Of a stretch of 64,000 bases of DNA, positions 14,278-28,059 are shown in pieces; the first letter of the stretch is position 1, and every line of letters begins with the position of its first letter. The notes under the pieces were generated by a model that ran no database searches, had not been told where the DNA came from, and saw only the letters and a list, made by a program, of their open reading frames with translations. The stretch spans positions 45,260,001 to 45,324,000 of the forward strand of contig OX597827.1 of assembly GCA_951406725.2 (NCBI GenBank), in the 5' to 3' direction. The position numbers and the translations under genes were made by a program. The stretch comes from Octopus vulgaris. Taxonomy: Eukaryota.

Positions 14278-14538
14278 CTTTTTTATACACCACACAACCC
14301 ACAGATCCCTATTGATCAAACGTTTTTTTTTGCCCCACCCATCCCACCTCGAAAAGAAAAAATTCTACATTGTATTTCGTCCATTTTTATTCTGTGTTTA
14401 GCCCTGTGTGGCTACAATAAAAAGTTACCTATCTATCTGTCTGTCTGTCTGTCTGTCTTCTGCCTGCCTGCCTGTCTGTCTGTCTCTGTCAGTCTATCTA
14501 TCCGTCTGTCTGTCTGTCTAACTGTATGTCTGTCTGTA

Positions 14539-14647
<109 letters not shown>

Positions 14648-15122
14648 TTATCTATCTATCTATCTATTGATAAATTCATGCTTTTTTCCTTTTAATAGGT
14701 TAATAGGTTCTTGGTTGAGTAAAAGAGTGGAGCGAGGCGGGTTACTCGAAACTCAACTTATTTCCTCAGGAGCATGATACTCTATAATTATTATTTAAAA
14801 CTAAACTGCTTTCGTTTCCACCATTGCACCATTACCAACACTACCACCACCCTCAACCACGCAATGATACCAGCAGCAACAGCCGCATCAGAAGCATCAC
14901 AATCGTTAACAGCCCCTCTCCGACAACTGCTGAATCTTCTGCTACTGTTTCTACTGCACCGCCACCAAACCCACTTCCATCTCCACCATCGCAATCATCA
15001 CCACCACCGTTATAATCATCGACACCACCATGTTGTAAAGTAAATCAATTGCTGCTATTCGCAGCTGTTAACTGTTCATGAAATTCCCAAATTTCCTAAA
15101 ATGAGTTGAGAGAGCTGGAAAG

Positions 15123-15173
<51 letters not shown>

Positions 15174-15202
15174 TAGATAGATAGACGGAAGGCCAGACAG
15201 AC

Positions 15203-15233
<31 letters not shown>

Positions 15234-15356
15234 TAGATAGATAGACAGACAGAGAGGCAAACAGAAAGATAGATAGACAGATAGATAGATGGAGAGATGG
15301 TAAGAGAGAAAGAGAGAGAGAGAGTGAAGGAAGGAGAAACATATATTCATATATAT

Positions 15357-15443
<87 letters not shown>

Positions 15444-15445
15444 AT

Positions 15446-15481
<36 letters not shown>

Positions 15482-15918
15482 AGAGAGAGGGAGAAGGAGA
15501 GAGGGATTAAAAGAAAATTAGTAGTGAGAAACAAATAGACAATAACAAATGAAAAGAAAACAACATAGAAATCGAAAAGAGAATCGTCTGTTATAAATAA
15601 AAGAAAAATGAGGACTGAAAGCAGCAGCAGTGGTAGTGGTAGTAGGGGTGGTAGTCGTAGTGGTAGTTGTTATTGTCATTGTTGTTGTTGTTGTTGTTGT
15701 TGTTGCTGTTGTCATAACAATGTTTTCTGTTTTGTTTGAAAGTTTCAAATTTGTGCTTTTCTTTGAATTAACGGTAGGATAATGCGAGTCTGGTCGGTCG
15801 TCGGAATTAATTAACCGTCGACGTTTCTGACGTTTGTCATTTGTCGATGTCGTTAGTACTGCGATGATGAATGGTGATGATGACATGACGATGATGATGA
15901 TGATGATGATGACATGAC

Positions 15919-15983
<65 letters not shown>

Positions 15984-16892
15984 GGATGATGATGATGCTC
16001 GTAATAACGACAATAACGGGAATCATCATCACCATCACCACCACCACCACCACCAACACCACCACCACCACCACCACCACCACCACCACCACCACCACCA
16101 CCACCACGTCGCCGCCGCCATCATCACCAGCTCCAACACCAACACCGTCGCCACCGCCATCATCACCAGTTCCAACACCGCCAGTACCAATACCACGACG
16201 ACAACGACGACGACGATGACCACCACCACCACCACCACCACCACCACTGTCTACTAACGACTTAAATTTGTTTATTTGCATCTGTAGTAATACACGTAGT
16301 AGTTTACTAGAGAGTTTTACACACACACACACATGTATGTATGTATGTATGTACGTATGTATGTATGTATATATGTATGTATGTATGTATGTATGTGTGT
16401 GTGTATGTATGTATGTATGTATGTATGTATGTATGTATGTATATATATATGTATATATGTAAGTATGTAGTATGTATGCATGTATGTATGTATGCATGTA
16501 TGTATGTATGTATGTATGTATGTATGTATGTATGTATGTATGCATGTGTGTTTGCACAAGACTTCTATACGGGTACCCGCACATACAAGTGTCTCCCTCC
16601 GAGTAGTATTTATGTTTACACTACTTAAAAAGCAAACAATAAAAGCTATTGTTGCTTATATTACGTTTCACCATGTCCTGTAACCAAGCGGCTCGATAAA
16701 AGGCCTCCGATGTAATTACTAAAATATGTAGTGGATGATGAGGAGGAAGCGGTTATGATATAGTCAGCCATAAACACTTGTAAACGGTGCTCCATCAAGG
16801 CCGCAGTCCAATGAGGTAAATCCATTATGAAAATACAAAGAATCCGCATGGTCTACGGACAAGTCCAATTTCTGAACTAATAAATAAAGAGG

Positions 16893-17155
16893 TGTGGAGG
16901 CGCGTGGCTTAGTGGTGTGGGTGTCAGCACCATGATCGTAAGATTGTGGTTTCGATTCCTGGACCGGGCGACGCGTTGTGTTCTTGAGCAAAACACTTCA
17001 TTTCACGTTGCTCCAGTCCACTCAGCTGGCAAAAATGAGTAACGCTGCGATGGACTGGCGTCCCGTCCAGCTGGGGAACACATACGCCATAGAAACCGGG
17101 AAACCGGGCCCATGAGCCTGGCTAGGCTTTAAAAGGGCGCATTTATTTTTTTATC
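16893..17155 (+). mobile_element. SINE family C with 11-bp TSD
   Basis: tRNA-like head GGAGGCGCGTGGCTTAGTGG..GGTTTCGATTCC. TSD AAATAAAGAGG at 16882-16892 and 17156-17166. Confidence 0.92.
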
Positions 17156-17317
17156 AAATAAAGAGGAGACAAATATTCACCCGTATATGTCGCTAATCTA
17201 CTTTAGGTAACTCTCTCGCGTGGAAATACCAAAAATATAAAAAAATGAAAAATGACAATCCGCTTAGACACTCGACAGCTTCACAGTGCTACCGCTATTG
17301 CAATGATATATTCTTAT

Positions 17318-17492
17318 ATTCTTTTATTCTTTTATTTGTTTCAATCATTTGACTGCGGCCATGCTGGAGCATCGCCTTTAGTCGAACAAATCGACCCCAG
17401 GAGTTATTCTTTGTAAGCCTAGTACTTATTCTATCGCTCTCTTTTGCCGAATCGCTGAGTTATGGGGACGTAAACAGACCAGCACCAGTTGT

Positions 17493-17535
<43 letters not shown>

Positions 17536-17645
17536 CGGGCTTCTTTCCGTTTCCAACTACCAAATCCACTCACAAGGTTTTGGTCGACCCGAGGCTATAG
17601 TAGAAGACACTTGTCCAAGGTGCCACGTAGTGGGACTGGACCCAG
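17318..17645 (-). mobile_element. SINE family A, 5'-truncated
   Basis: Colinear with 3481-3912. Confidence 0.85.
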
Positions 17646-17880
17646 AGCCAGATTTTCTAAGTTTATTCGGCTGACGTTGGCAGAGTAATGGGGAACCTTC
17701 CTCTCTTCTCAGTGCAGCGTTTGATGGTTTGTCAGTTTGAAGATTAGCTCTCTGTATAATTGACTGATCATAACCGTTGCCCGGTTTACTCTACACACGC
17801 ATAATCTTTTATCTTTTGTTTTTACTCAAATACCAGAGGTAGAGTAATATGCTTTAATTAAAAGCAGCAGAAATATTACA

Positions 17881-17930
17881 AAAGCTGTTACTCAGAGTTA
17901 GTTTCATGTTCCCGCTCGTCGGACAGTTTT
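17881..17930 (-). ncRNA. Degenerate hammerhead motif (U4C core variant)
   Basis: AAAACTGT-CCGACGA-GCG-GGAA-CAT-GAAAC..GTA-ACAGCTTT. Stem I pairs 7 of 8; stem II is damaged. Confidence 0.5.
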
Positions 17931-17984
17931 GTTAAAATAGAACAGAAATAACAATTTGTTATCTTCTGCTGCTTTTAAATAAAG

Positions 17985-18065
<81 letters not shown>

Positions 18066-18089
18066 ATGTGTGTGTGTGTGTGTGTATAA

Positions 18090-18283
18090 TTATATAGGAG
18101 AAGAAAATGGATGTAATAACAAGGGGAGAATCGTGGTTATCGCTGGTATGCCTTTAATTTACTTAGATAACAAAGAAGAAGAAAGCAAAGATGAATTCCT
18201 TGTTATCTAATTAAATTAAAGGCATACCAGCGATAACCACGAGTCTTCCATTGTTATTACATCCATTTTCTTCTCCTATATAA
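18090..18283. repeat. Long hairpin: arms of about 88 bp, loop of about 18 nt
   Basis: 18090-18177 is the reverse complement of 18196-18283 with about 5 mismatches. Confidence 0.95.
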
Positions 18284-18693
18284 CCTAAACCACGGTTTCC
18301 CAACCGAACCACGTGCTACTGTACAACCTTACAAAAGACTGTACCTACCTTGGTAATAACTAGGAGCGACTTTGGATTTAATTATCTCTTGGAGGTGTTA
18401 AAGCCCTCCGACTGATACCTACACTATATATATATATATATATATATATGTACAATCTGGCTCTGGGCAAGTGTCTTCTACTATAGCCTCGGACCGAACA
18501 AAATGTGGTTTCAGAGTCAAGTTTTGGCTGCTATTTCTAGCATAGTGGTATCTCTTAGATGCCCTTAATTATAATTTTAATGACTAATTATTACCTTTGA
18601 GGTTTTTATTCCCATGCTAGCCACCTGATAAGATCGATATTTTAAATAACGATCTTATCCTTTTTTATATAAAACTATATATATATATATATA

Positions 18694-18732
<39 letters not shown>

Positions 18733-19447
18733 GAGAGAGAAGAGAGAGAAAGAGAGAAAGAGAAGTAGTGGAAAGAAAATAACAGCGAAGGATTTTGGGA
18801 TATTTGCAGATATGGTTTCATGGAGTTAAAATTTCTCTAAGTATGTTAAATCTACAACGCGTAGGTTGTATAAAAAAATACACCTAAGATATTTAAGTTG
18901 TTAGAATCAATTTTCAGCAAATATTTCTATTTGTGTGTTTGGTGTTTGTATGTGCGTCGTTCTTTTAATTCAGAGTGGTTTTACTCTGATACAGAAAAGA
19001 AAAGAAAAGAAAAATAATGATAGAATAAAAAAATAAACAAAAAAACAAACAAAATGAATGAATAGAAACTCAGTATAATAGTGACTAAAAAGTGCTGAGA
19101 CTAAATTAATATCATAACGAAGCTAAATTTGGGTGTTTGAAACTGAACAAAAATACAAAACAATTTATCGAAGGTCCGCCATTTTAGGTGAAAGATTTCA
19201 CGATCTTATTTGCCATAACAGCGACAAGTGAAATAAAGAAACTAAAGAAAACTAAAAAACAAAGCAAAACAGAACAAAAAAGGAAAAAAAAAAAACAGAA
19301 ATACATGCGCAAATGCGTATTTATAGGAAAACAATTCCTACGGATTTACTATGTGTGTATGCATGTATATTTGTATGTATGCATGTATTCATGTATGTAT
19401 TCATATACATATGCATATATATGTGTATATATATGCGTATATCTATA

Positions 19448-19543
<96 letters not shown>

Positions 19544-19598
19544 GTACATATATATGTATATATACATATGTACATATGTATATACATATATACATATA

Positions 19599-19642
<44 letters not shown>

Positions 19643-19649
19643 TAAATAC

Positions 19650-19708
<59 letters not shown>

Positions 19709-19939
19709 GTCATAAATTTATATATGGTGGTGTGTTTGTGTGTGCGTGCGTGCTTGTGTACATGTATTTACATCAGAGGTCTTCTGCAGAAGTAGTAATT
19801 ATATCGTTGAGGTGTCAACAAAAGTGAAGTGTGTTTGATTCCCATTAGTTCTGTCGACAGAAAGATAGACAGAAAAGAAACACGGAGAGAAACAAGGAGA
19901 GAAAAAAATGCGTGCAGAAGCCAGCGATTCAACATGGCG

Positions 19940-20041
<102 letters not shown>

Positions 20042-21257
20042 ATGAAATTGCTTCATTATTTTTCTGACACTTAAAATAAGGAACTTCAAAGTATTTGTCC
20101 TAGTTATTTCCCCTGCCTATTTTCGGTGGAGAAAAGTTTCGGCCTCATACTGAAGCCTTCCTCAGTCGAGGCTGTTCGTAGATTTATTTGTATATGCAAA
20201 CGTAGAGTATTCGGCTTAGGATTGTAAGTTCGTATTTTCAAATCTCGGTAGTGTGTTGTCTCCTTGAGCACGATACTTTACTTTCCCGCTGCTCCAGTTC
20301 ACTCAGCTGGCAAAAATAAGTTGTACCTGTATTTCAAAGGGCCTGTTTTTGTCACATTCTGTGTCATACTGGAACTCCCTGAAAACTACATTAAGAGTAC
20401 GTATGTCTGTGGAGTGCTCAACTACTTGTATGATAATTTCACGAGCCGACTGTTCAGCTGATCGGATCAACTGGAGAGCTTGTCGTCTTCGTAACCGACG
20501 GAGTGCCAGTGCTGTACTGGTATTTATTTTATCAATCCAGGAAGGATGAAAGGCAAAATCAACCTCAACGAAATCTAAACTCAGAACGTAAAGACGGACG
20601 AAATGCCGCTAAGTATTTTGCCCGGCGTGCTAATGATTCTGCCAGCTCGGAAGAAAACGAAATTTTGTATACAACGTCCTAATATCTTCGCCATTTCGTC
20701 GCTTTCAGGTGAACGAATAAACGCCAGTATATATTCAGTACATTTTATTCTTCTATAAATCCCAAAACACAGACATATTTTGGGTTTATGTGTATAAGAG
20801 AGAGACAGATACAGAGAAGGAGAGAGGAGAGAGATAGAGATAAGGTGCGTGTCTGCGTATCTGTTTGCTAGTCAGTGTCAAAAGAAGTTATATTTAGCAT
20901 CAAGAATCGAAATGAACCAATGTTAAATACCACCACAACATAGTTTTAGATAATACTATAAATGGAGGATAAAAATCATCAACTCATTTTCCCGCTTTTA
21001 TATCACTAAATTCACATTACATTGACTCCGTCGCCATTTTAAACATTGTGAGGGTGAACAGCGAATTTTCTCTCAAATTTATCAGTCGTCTGACAGGAGG
21101 AAACATTTGATTGCTATAGTTATGTATATATATGCGTGTGTATTTACACACACATGCACAGGCAAACACTGGCACACGTATATTATCTCAAACATGAATA
21201 ACACATGAATATATACTTGTATACACAGACGCGCACACACACACACGCACACACACA

Positions 21258-21333
<76 letters not shown>

Positions 21334-21366
21334 ATATACATACATATATACATGTACGTATGTATG

Positions 21367-21417
<51 letters not shown>

Positions 21418-21436
21418 ATATATGTGTGCGTGTGAG

Positions 21437-21477
<41 letters not shown>

Positions 21478-22992
21478 ATTTATAACAGACACACGCATAC
21501 TTATACGTATGTAGAATATCTGAATGAATACATCTGTTTTGCTTAGGACAGATCATTTAACCAAGCTTTGCATCTACTTTCCATCACATCATTTATTTAT
21601 TTATTCATTTATTATCAATGCCGTCTGTTTGATAGGCCTGTGGGTGTGATGGTTATGTTATGATAGATGCAATGACGTGTATGATGACGTTATAGCTGTG
21701 ATCGTTGCTGCTATTGTTGTTTACGTCCAGGTCACTCTTGACCGAGCAGATTTGTAATCAAAGACAACCCAGCAGAGATCAGACTGTCTTCTTTTCTTTT
21801 CTCGGCCGTGGATATATCTAGGATTGCATTCTCCCTTATGTTTCCCTACTTCAAGAGAGTAGTGTGTATCCATTTGTTAAATTCGTTTCCAAATCCAAGG
21901 AGAAACTAGGAGAGTTGTGGAGACAAAAAAAAAAAAAAGACATCATCATCATCATCATCATCAATATCTTCGTCATTTTGAAGGACTCAAACAGATCGTG
22001 AAAGATTTGAGTGTGTGTATGTATGTGTATGTATAGTGTAGGTTGTCTTTACGCAACAATTTCAGGGAGGGTGGTGTTGCTAGGTACTTTTCCCCTCACC
22101 ATACCGCCATAGAATCCACTCGTGCTGTCTGGACCTTTTGGGGATCTTACAGCCATTTGTAGATCATGTAGACGGCCACGTCTCAGCATTAGGGGGCTAC
22201 CTTTAGGGCTGCGTCCTGCCGACTGTCCCAAGTGCAACAACGTGCTAGACAAGTGTTAGCGTGAGGGGTACAAATCATTCAGAAATAAGGCAAGAAGACA
22301 TCAATATCATTTCCGCTATAGGCACAAGGCTTGAAATTTAGGGGTCGGAGGAAATCGTTTACATCGACCCCAGTACCCAGTTGGTACTTATTTTATTAAC
22401 CCAGGAAAGATGAAAGACAAAGTCAACCTTGGTAGTATTTGAACTCAGAATCTAAATCCCGGACGAAATGCCGATAAGCATTTTGTCCGGCGTGTCAACG
22501 GTTCTGGCAGCTCGCTGCCTTGAGAAGGCAAGCCATCGGTTTCATATTCTGGCACAAGGCCAGCAAATTTGGAGGTGGGGTAAGGCAATTACATCGACCT
22601 CATTGCTCGACTGGTACTTATTTTATCGATCCCGAAAGGATGAAAGCAAAGGCGACCTTGGTGGTGTTTGAAATCAGAACATAAAGTCGGACGAAATGCC
22701 GTTAAGCATTTTGTTCGGCGTATTAAGGATTCTGCTACCTCACCATCTTGTGAAGACACTAATATGGAAGACATATCGGGCGAGAAAACAAACAAAAGAA
22801 TCTTGCTACTAACAAAAATCAGATTTTCCTTGACCTAAGTATGCAAATGAACTTATTAATTAATTATTAATTCTTAAGATTTTGAAATTATCTTTCCTTT
22901 TGTTAAGCGAGTCGAATTGCTAACAGTTGCCGTTAAGTTGCCGCAAACAGTTGCCGTTAAGTTGCTTCTGACAGCTGCTTTCTTTCTCCTGT

Positions 22993-23295
22993 CGTTTGTT
23001 CCTTCTCGAGCCATGCCTGGTTCATTAGGGCCGGTTTCCCGGTTTCCTTGGCGTATAGGTTCCCCACCTGGACGGGACGCCGGTCCGTCGCAGGTGAGCA
23101 GCAAGATGCAGGAGGAAAGAGTGAGAGAAAGTTGTGGCGAAAGAGTCAGCAGAAGTTTGCCTTTACCTTCTGCCGGAGCCGCGTGGAGCTTAAGTGTTTC
23201 GCTCATAAACACGCATAACGCCTGGTCTGAGATTCGAACCCGCGATCTCTCGACCGCGAGTCCGCTGCTTTAACCACTAGGCCATGTGCCTCCAC
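22993..23295 (-). mobile_element. SINE family D with near-perfect TSD; second copy at about 7370-7650 (-)
   Basis: Head GGAGGCACATGGCCTAGTGGTTAAAGC..GGTTCGAATCT. Flanks TCTTTCTCCTGT and TCTTTCTGCTGT. The 3' part shares GAAACCGGGAAACCGGCCC with family C. Confidence 0.88.
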
Positions 23296-23361
23296 TCTTT
23301 CTGCTGTTAAGAGAGGAAACTTGGTTTGGTTCAGAATTTTTGGTCTTGTTTCTTTAAATTT

Positions 23362-23405
<44 letters not shown>

Positions 23406-23854
23406 TCTTTCATTATAGAAATCTTTAACTTAATTATTCCAAAATCATGTCCTTCCAACATCTGGATTGTTACCCTTCGTTCATTTTGATTTTAATTATG
23501 CCGAAATGAACATCGTATCTAAATATAAACACCCGACAATCTCAACAACAACAACAGAAAAAAACAACGAAAAAACCCCCCCTAGAAAAACAGCAAAACA
23601 ACAACACCAGCAACAACAACAAGGTAGCAAGCAAAGTGGTATCACTTTAAAAGACGACAAAATCTTTCATTACCAAAATGTCTGCCACTACAAATGAACA
23701 AACGCACTTAAGAATGGTTAATTACCTTTTGACAAAACTGTTCCTGCGTTATACGCTTGCGTGTATATGTGTTTTTATGCGCGCGTGTGTGTGTGTCTTC
23801 TTTGTGTGAATGCGCGTGTGCATAGGTCTGGTGAGTGTGTATGTGTGTGTGTGC

Positions 23855-23940
<86 letters not shown>

Positions 23941-23967
23941 ATATACATGTGTGTGTGTGTGCGCGCG

Positions 23968-24004
<37 letters not shown>

Positions 24005-24683
24005 TTTGCGAGTCTTTTGCGTGTAGATTTGTCCTGAACATGGCGTGTGCGTGCATATGTGTACATGTGTGTGCGCGTGTATGTGTAAATGTATGTGCGT
24101 GTGAATGCATATATATATATGTGTGTATGTGCATGTATATATTTATGCGTGAATATGTGTATATATGTATATGCATACTCATGTGTTTGCATAATTGCAT
24201 GTATGTGTGTGTGTGTAAGTGAACGTGTATATGTATGCATAGTGTAAATGTATGTGTGTGTGTGTGTGTATATATATATTTGTATGAATGTGCATGTGTG
24301 CGTGTATATGTGTCAATGTGTATATGTGTGCACCTGTGTATATATATGTGTGTATGCAATGCGTGTATATATGCGCGCATATGTGTAAATGCATGTGTGT
24401 GAGAGTTTGTATATACGCGAATGTGCACATGTGTGTCTGTAAGTATCTATATATGCTTGTGAATGCGCGTATGTGGATATTATGTGCGGTTGCGTGTGTA
24501 TTTGTATATGTGCGTGTGTGTTTGAGCATGTTTGCGTAAGCATGCGCATGAGTGCCAAGCCTTGTGTTCATATAGATGTGTGCGTGCGTGGGTGTATGTG
24601 TATATGCCTGTTTGAGAGAGAAAGAGAGAGAGAGTGAGAGAGAGGAAGTGAGAGAGAGAGAGAGAGGAAGTAAGAGAGAGGAA

Positions 24684-24730
<47 letters not shown>

Positions 24731-24824
24731 TGTGTTTTATGCATGTGTGCGTATGTGAGATCTACAAAGGAAGAGAAGTGTATTAAGCCGGAAGTATTGT
24801 TAGATGTGCTGGCGTTGATGTTGT

Positions 24825-25808
24825 TAGGTGGTAGTAGTGGTGGCGGCAACGGCGATGGTGGTGTAGTTATTGGTCGTGTTAGTGTGTTTTGGTGTTAGTT
24901 TCAGTGGTGCTGGTACTTTTCTTGGCATTGGTGTTGGTAGCGTTGGTAGTGATGGAAGTGTTTGTATTGATGATGGTGGTGGTGGTGGTGGTGGTTGTGA
25001 TGGTGGTGGTGGTTGTGGTGATGGTGGTGGTGGTGGTTGTGGTGGTGGTGGTGGTGGTGGTGGTGATATTGATTGTGGTGCTGGTAGTGGTGGCGTTAGT
25101 GGTGCAGTTTTTGAACATGGGCGGTGGTGGTGGTGGTAGTGGTGGTGATGGCTATGATAGTGTTGCTGGTGGCCCTGTTAGTGTTGCTATTATTGTTGTT
25201 GTTGTTACAGGTGGTGGTGGTGATGATGTTGGTAATGATGGTTGTGTTGTTGTTGCTGTTGTTGATGTTTGTGCAGCTACAGATGGTGACGGTGCTGTCA
25301 GTGGTACTAATATGGACGGTGATGGTAGACGGATGGCGAAGATAACCGAAAATGGTATGGAGATCTTCGTGACTGGCTAATGAAGAGCTTTGTAGAACTA
25401 ATCATGGCAATAACGGTGCTGGTGGAATTGCCTGAAGAATGTTTAGTGGTGGGGGCCACGGAAATAGTAATGGCTGTAGTGGGATGGTAGTGACGGAAAT
25501 GTTGGTCTTGTTGTTGTTGGGGCTCTGGTGCAGGCAAGAAGATGATGGTGGTGGTGGTAGTGGTGGTGGTGGTGGTAGTGGTTGTAGTGGTGGTGGTGGT
25601 GGTAGTGGTGGTGGTGGTGGTAGTTGAATATTTGATGGTACAGATGTGGCTGTGTGATAAGAAGTTGTTGGCTTCCCAACCAAATGGTTCTATGTTCAGT
25701 TCCACTGCGCGGCATCTTGGACGAGTGTCTTCTACTATAGTCTCGGGGCCGATCAAAGCCTTGTGAGTGGATTTGGTAGAAGAAAACTGAAATAAACCTG
25801 TCGTATAT

Positions 25809-25889
<81 letters not shown>

Positions 25890-27060
25890 TGTGTGTGTGT
25901 CTGTGTTTGGGTGTGTGTATGTCTTTGTGTCTGTGTTTGTCCCCCACATCACTGTAACTTAGCGGTTCGGAAAATGTTCCTAATAAAATTAGTATCAGGC
26001 TTAAAACAGAAATACTGGAGTCGATTCGTTCGACTAAAATTCTTCAAGGTGGTGCCCCAGCATGGCCGCAGTCTAATGACTGAAACAAGTAAAAGATAAA
26101 AAGAATAAACAGGTGGTGGATTATGGAAAATGTAGTGACCATGGTGAGATGGTGGTGGTGACAGTGGCGATTGTGATGGTGGTGGTGGTGATGGTGGTGG
26201 TGGTGATGGTGGTGGTGAGGTTGTGGGAACGGTAGTGGCCATAGTGGGATGATGGTGGTGATGGTGGTGCAGGTAGAATGATAGTGGTGGTGGTGGCGTA
26301 ATAGCAGCAGAGCGGTGGTGGAGGTGATGGCTGTGGTGGTTGTGGTGGTTGTGGTGGCTGGTATGATGGCTGGGGAGGAATAACGAAGGTGAAGTGGACA
26401 ATTCAGGCGACTCGTGGTTGGAAGGCGGTGGAGAAGTTGTATGTGGTGGTTGGTGGTGGCAAAATTGCGGTGAAGAAGTACAAGTAATAGTACAGTGACA
26501 ATGGTGATGGTTGTGGCGACGGCAGTGGCGACAGATGGAAGTGGTGATGGTAGTGGTGGTACCAGTGATGGTAGGAGTGTTAGGTGTAGAGGTAAAATGG
26601 TAGTGAGAAGGTCGTATAGGTGGTCGTGGTAGCGGGTGTGGTAGTAAAGATGGTAGTGATAGTGGTGTAATGGTGATAGTGGCTGTAGTGGTGATGGTGG
26701 AGTTAGTGGTGGTGGTGTTAGTGATGGTGGTGATAATGGTGGTAGTGGTGGTGTTAGTGATGGTGGTGTTAATCGTGATAGTAGTGGTGATGGTGTTGGT
26801 TGTGGTGGTGCTGGTTTTAGTGTGGTGATGATGATGGTGTGAGTGGCGGCGATGCTAATGGTTATGGTGGTGGTGGTGGCGCTTGTAGTGGTGATGGGTT
26901 TAGTGATGGTAACGAGGTGGTGGTGGTAGCGGTAGAATCGTGGTAGTGGCGGTGGTAGTGATATCAGTGATGGTGGTGATGATGGTGGTGATGGTAGTGG
27001 TAATGGTAGTGGTGTTGGTGTTGGTGAGTTGTTGTAGACATAGTGGTAGTGGCAGAGACA
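24825..27060 (+). repeat. Long degenerate (GGT/GAT/AGT)n low-complexity tract interrupted by a SINE
   Basis: About 2.2 kb of strand-asymmetric, G/T-rich trinucleotide repeats. Confidence 0.9.
25640..26105 (+). mobile_element. SINE family A
   Basis: Reverse complement of 3481-3912 with internal (TA)n(TG)n. Confidence 0.85.
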
Positions 27061-27641
27061 GAAATTCTAATATGGCGGTTACGTGGTTGGGAGGTGAGTA
27101 GGTGGCGCTGTTATAACTAGAGGAGAACGATATGCTTTTAAAGTTAGCGATTAGTTTCGAGAAGATTCGAGCAGAAATTACAGGAAATTCATTCTCTTCT
27201 ACCTCCTAACTATTTATAATTATTGTTTGTTTGTTGTTACTGTTGCTGTTGTTGTTGTTGTTGTTACTACAACTACTTCTAATGCTCGCACCACCACCAC
27301 CACCACCATCACCGCCACCACTCCTGTCGTTTTTTGCCGTTGTCAGTTTTTAATTTTATTTTAGAATTTTTTTTACAAAAACGTCTTTTATTTATTTGCT
27401 TGTTAATTATTTTTTAGAATTAATTTCGTACTTCGTAGTATAGTTTCTTTAGTTTGGTTTCTGTCTGTCTGTTAGTCTATCTCTCTCTTTTTCTCTCTCT
27501 CACTTGAAAAATAGTTTCGTTTCTCGTTATTTTTTCCCGTTCCAAATCTCTTATATGGATTAATTGTTTAAAAGAAAAATTCTAGTTGTTACTGTTCACG
27601 TGGTTGCTGCTGGCTGATGTGCGCGCGCGTAGGTGTGTGAG

Positions 27642-27704
<63 letters not shown>

Positions 27705-27950
27705 ATATATGTATATATATATATATTTATATAAGTACGCACACACATACACACGCACATGCACACACACCAACACATACACACACACACATGTATCGAC
27801 AAATAGAAACCGATAGAATAAGTACCAGGTTTAACAATAAAAAATGTACCGAGGTCAATTTATTCGACTAAAAGTTCTCCAAAGAAGTCCTCCAGCATGG
27901 CCGCAGTCTAATGACTAAAATAAGTAAAAGATAATATATATATATATATA

Positions 27951-28050
27951 TTGTGTCATCTCATAAATAATGTGGTCTTTTTGTGCTCCTTTTATTTCTC
28001 AAAATTAAGATAAACAAAGTTCTCTTTTAATTTAAAATATTCTCCCCTTC
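27951..28050 (-). mobile_element. Probable right end (TIR) of a mariner element
   Basis: The minus strand ends CATTATTTATGAGATGACACAA next to (TA)n. It lies downstream of, and on the same strand as, the 28.9-kb transposase relic. Confidence 0.5.
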
Positions 28051-28059
28051 ATATTTTTT

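Larger units (their letters stand above)
8566..14425 (+). mobile_element. Near full-length non-LTR retrotransposon, L1/Tx1 clade (5'UTR, ORF1, ORF2, 3'UTR), inactivated
   Basis: Two long tandem ORFs with a gag-type zinc knuckle, APE endonuclease, RT and a C-terminal Cys/His motif. The 3'UTR ends TAGCCCTGTGTGGCTACAATAAAAAG. (TATC)n flanks both sides. Confidence 0.95.

Noticed and set aside
23215-23295. tRNA-like sequences here and at other SINE heads
   Set aside because: A and B boxes are present, but I could not build a full cloverleaf with an acceptor stem, and they continue into SINE bodies with TSDs. They are not tRNA genes.
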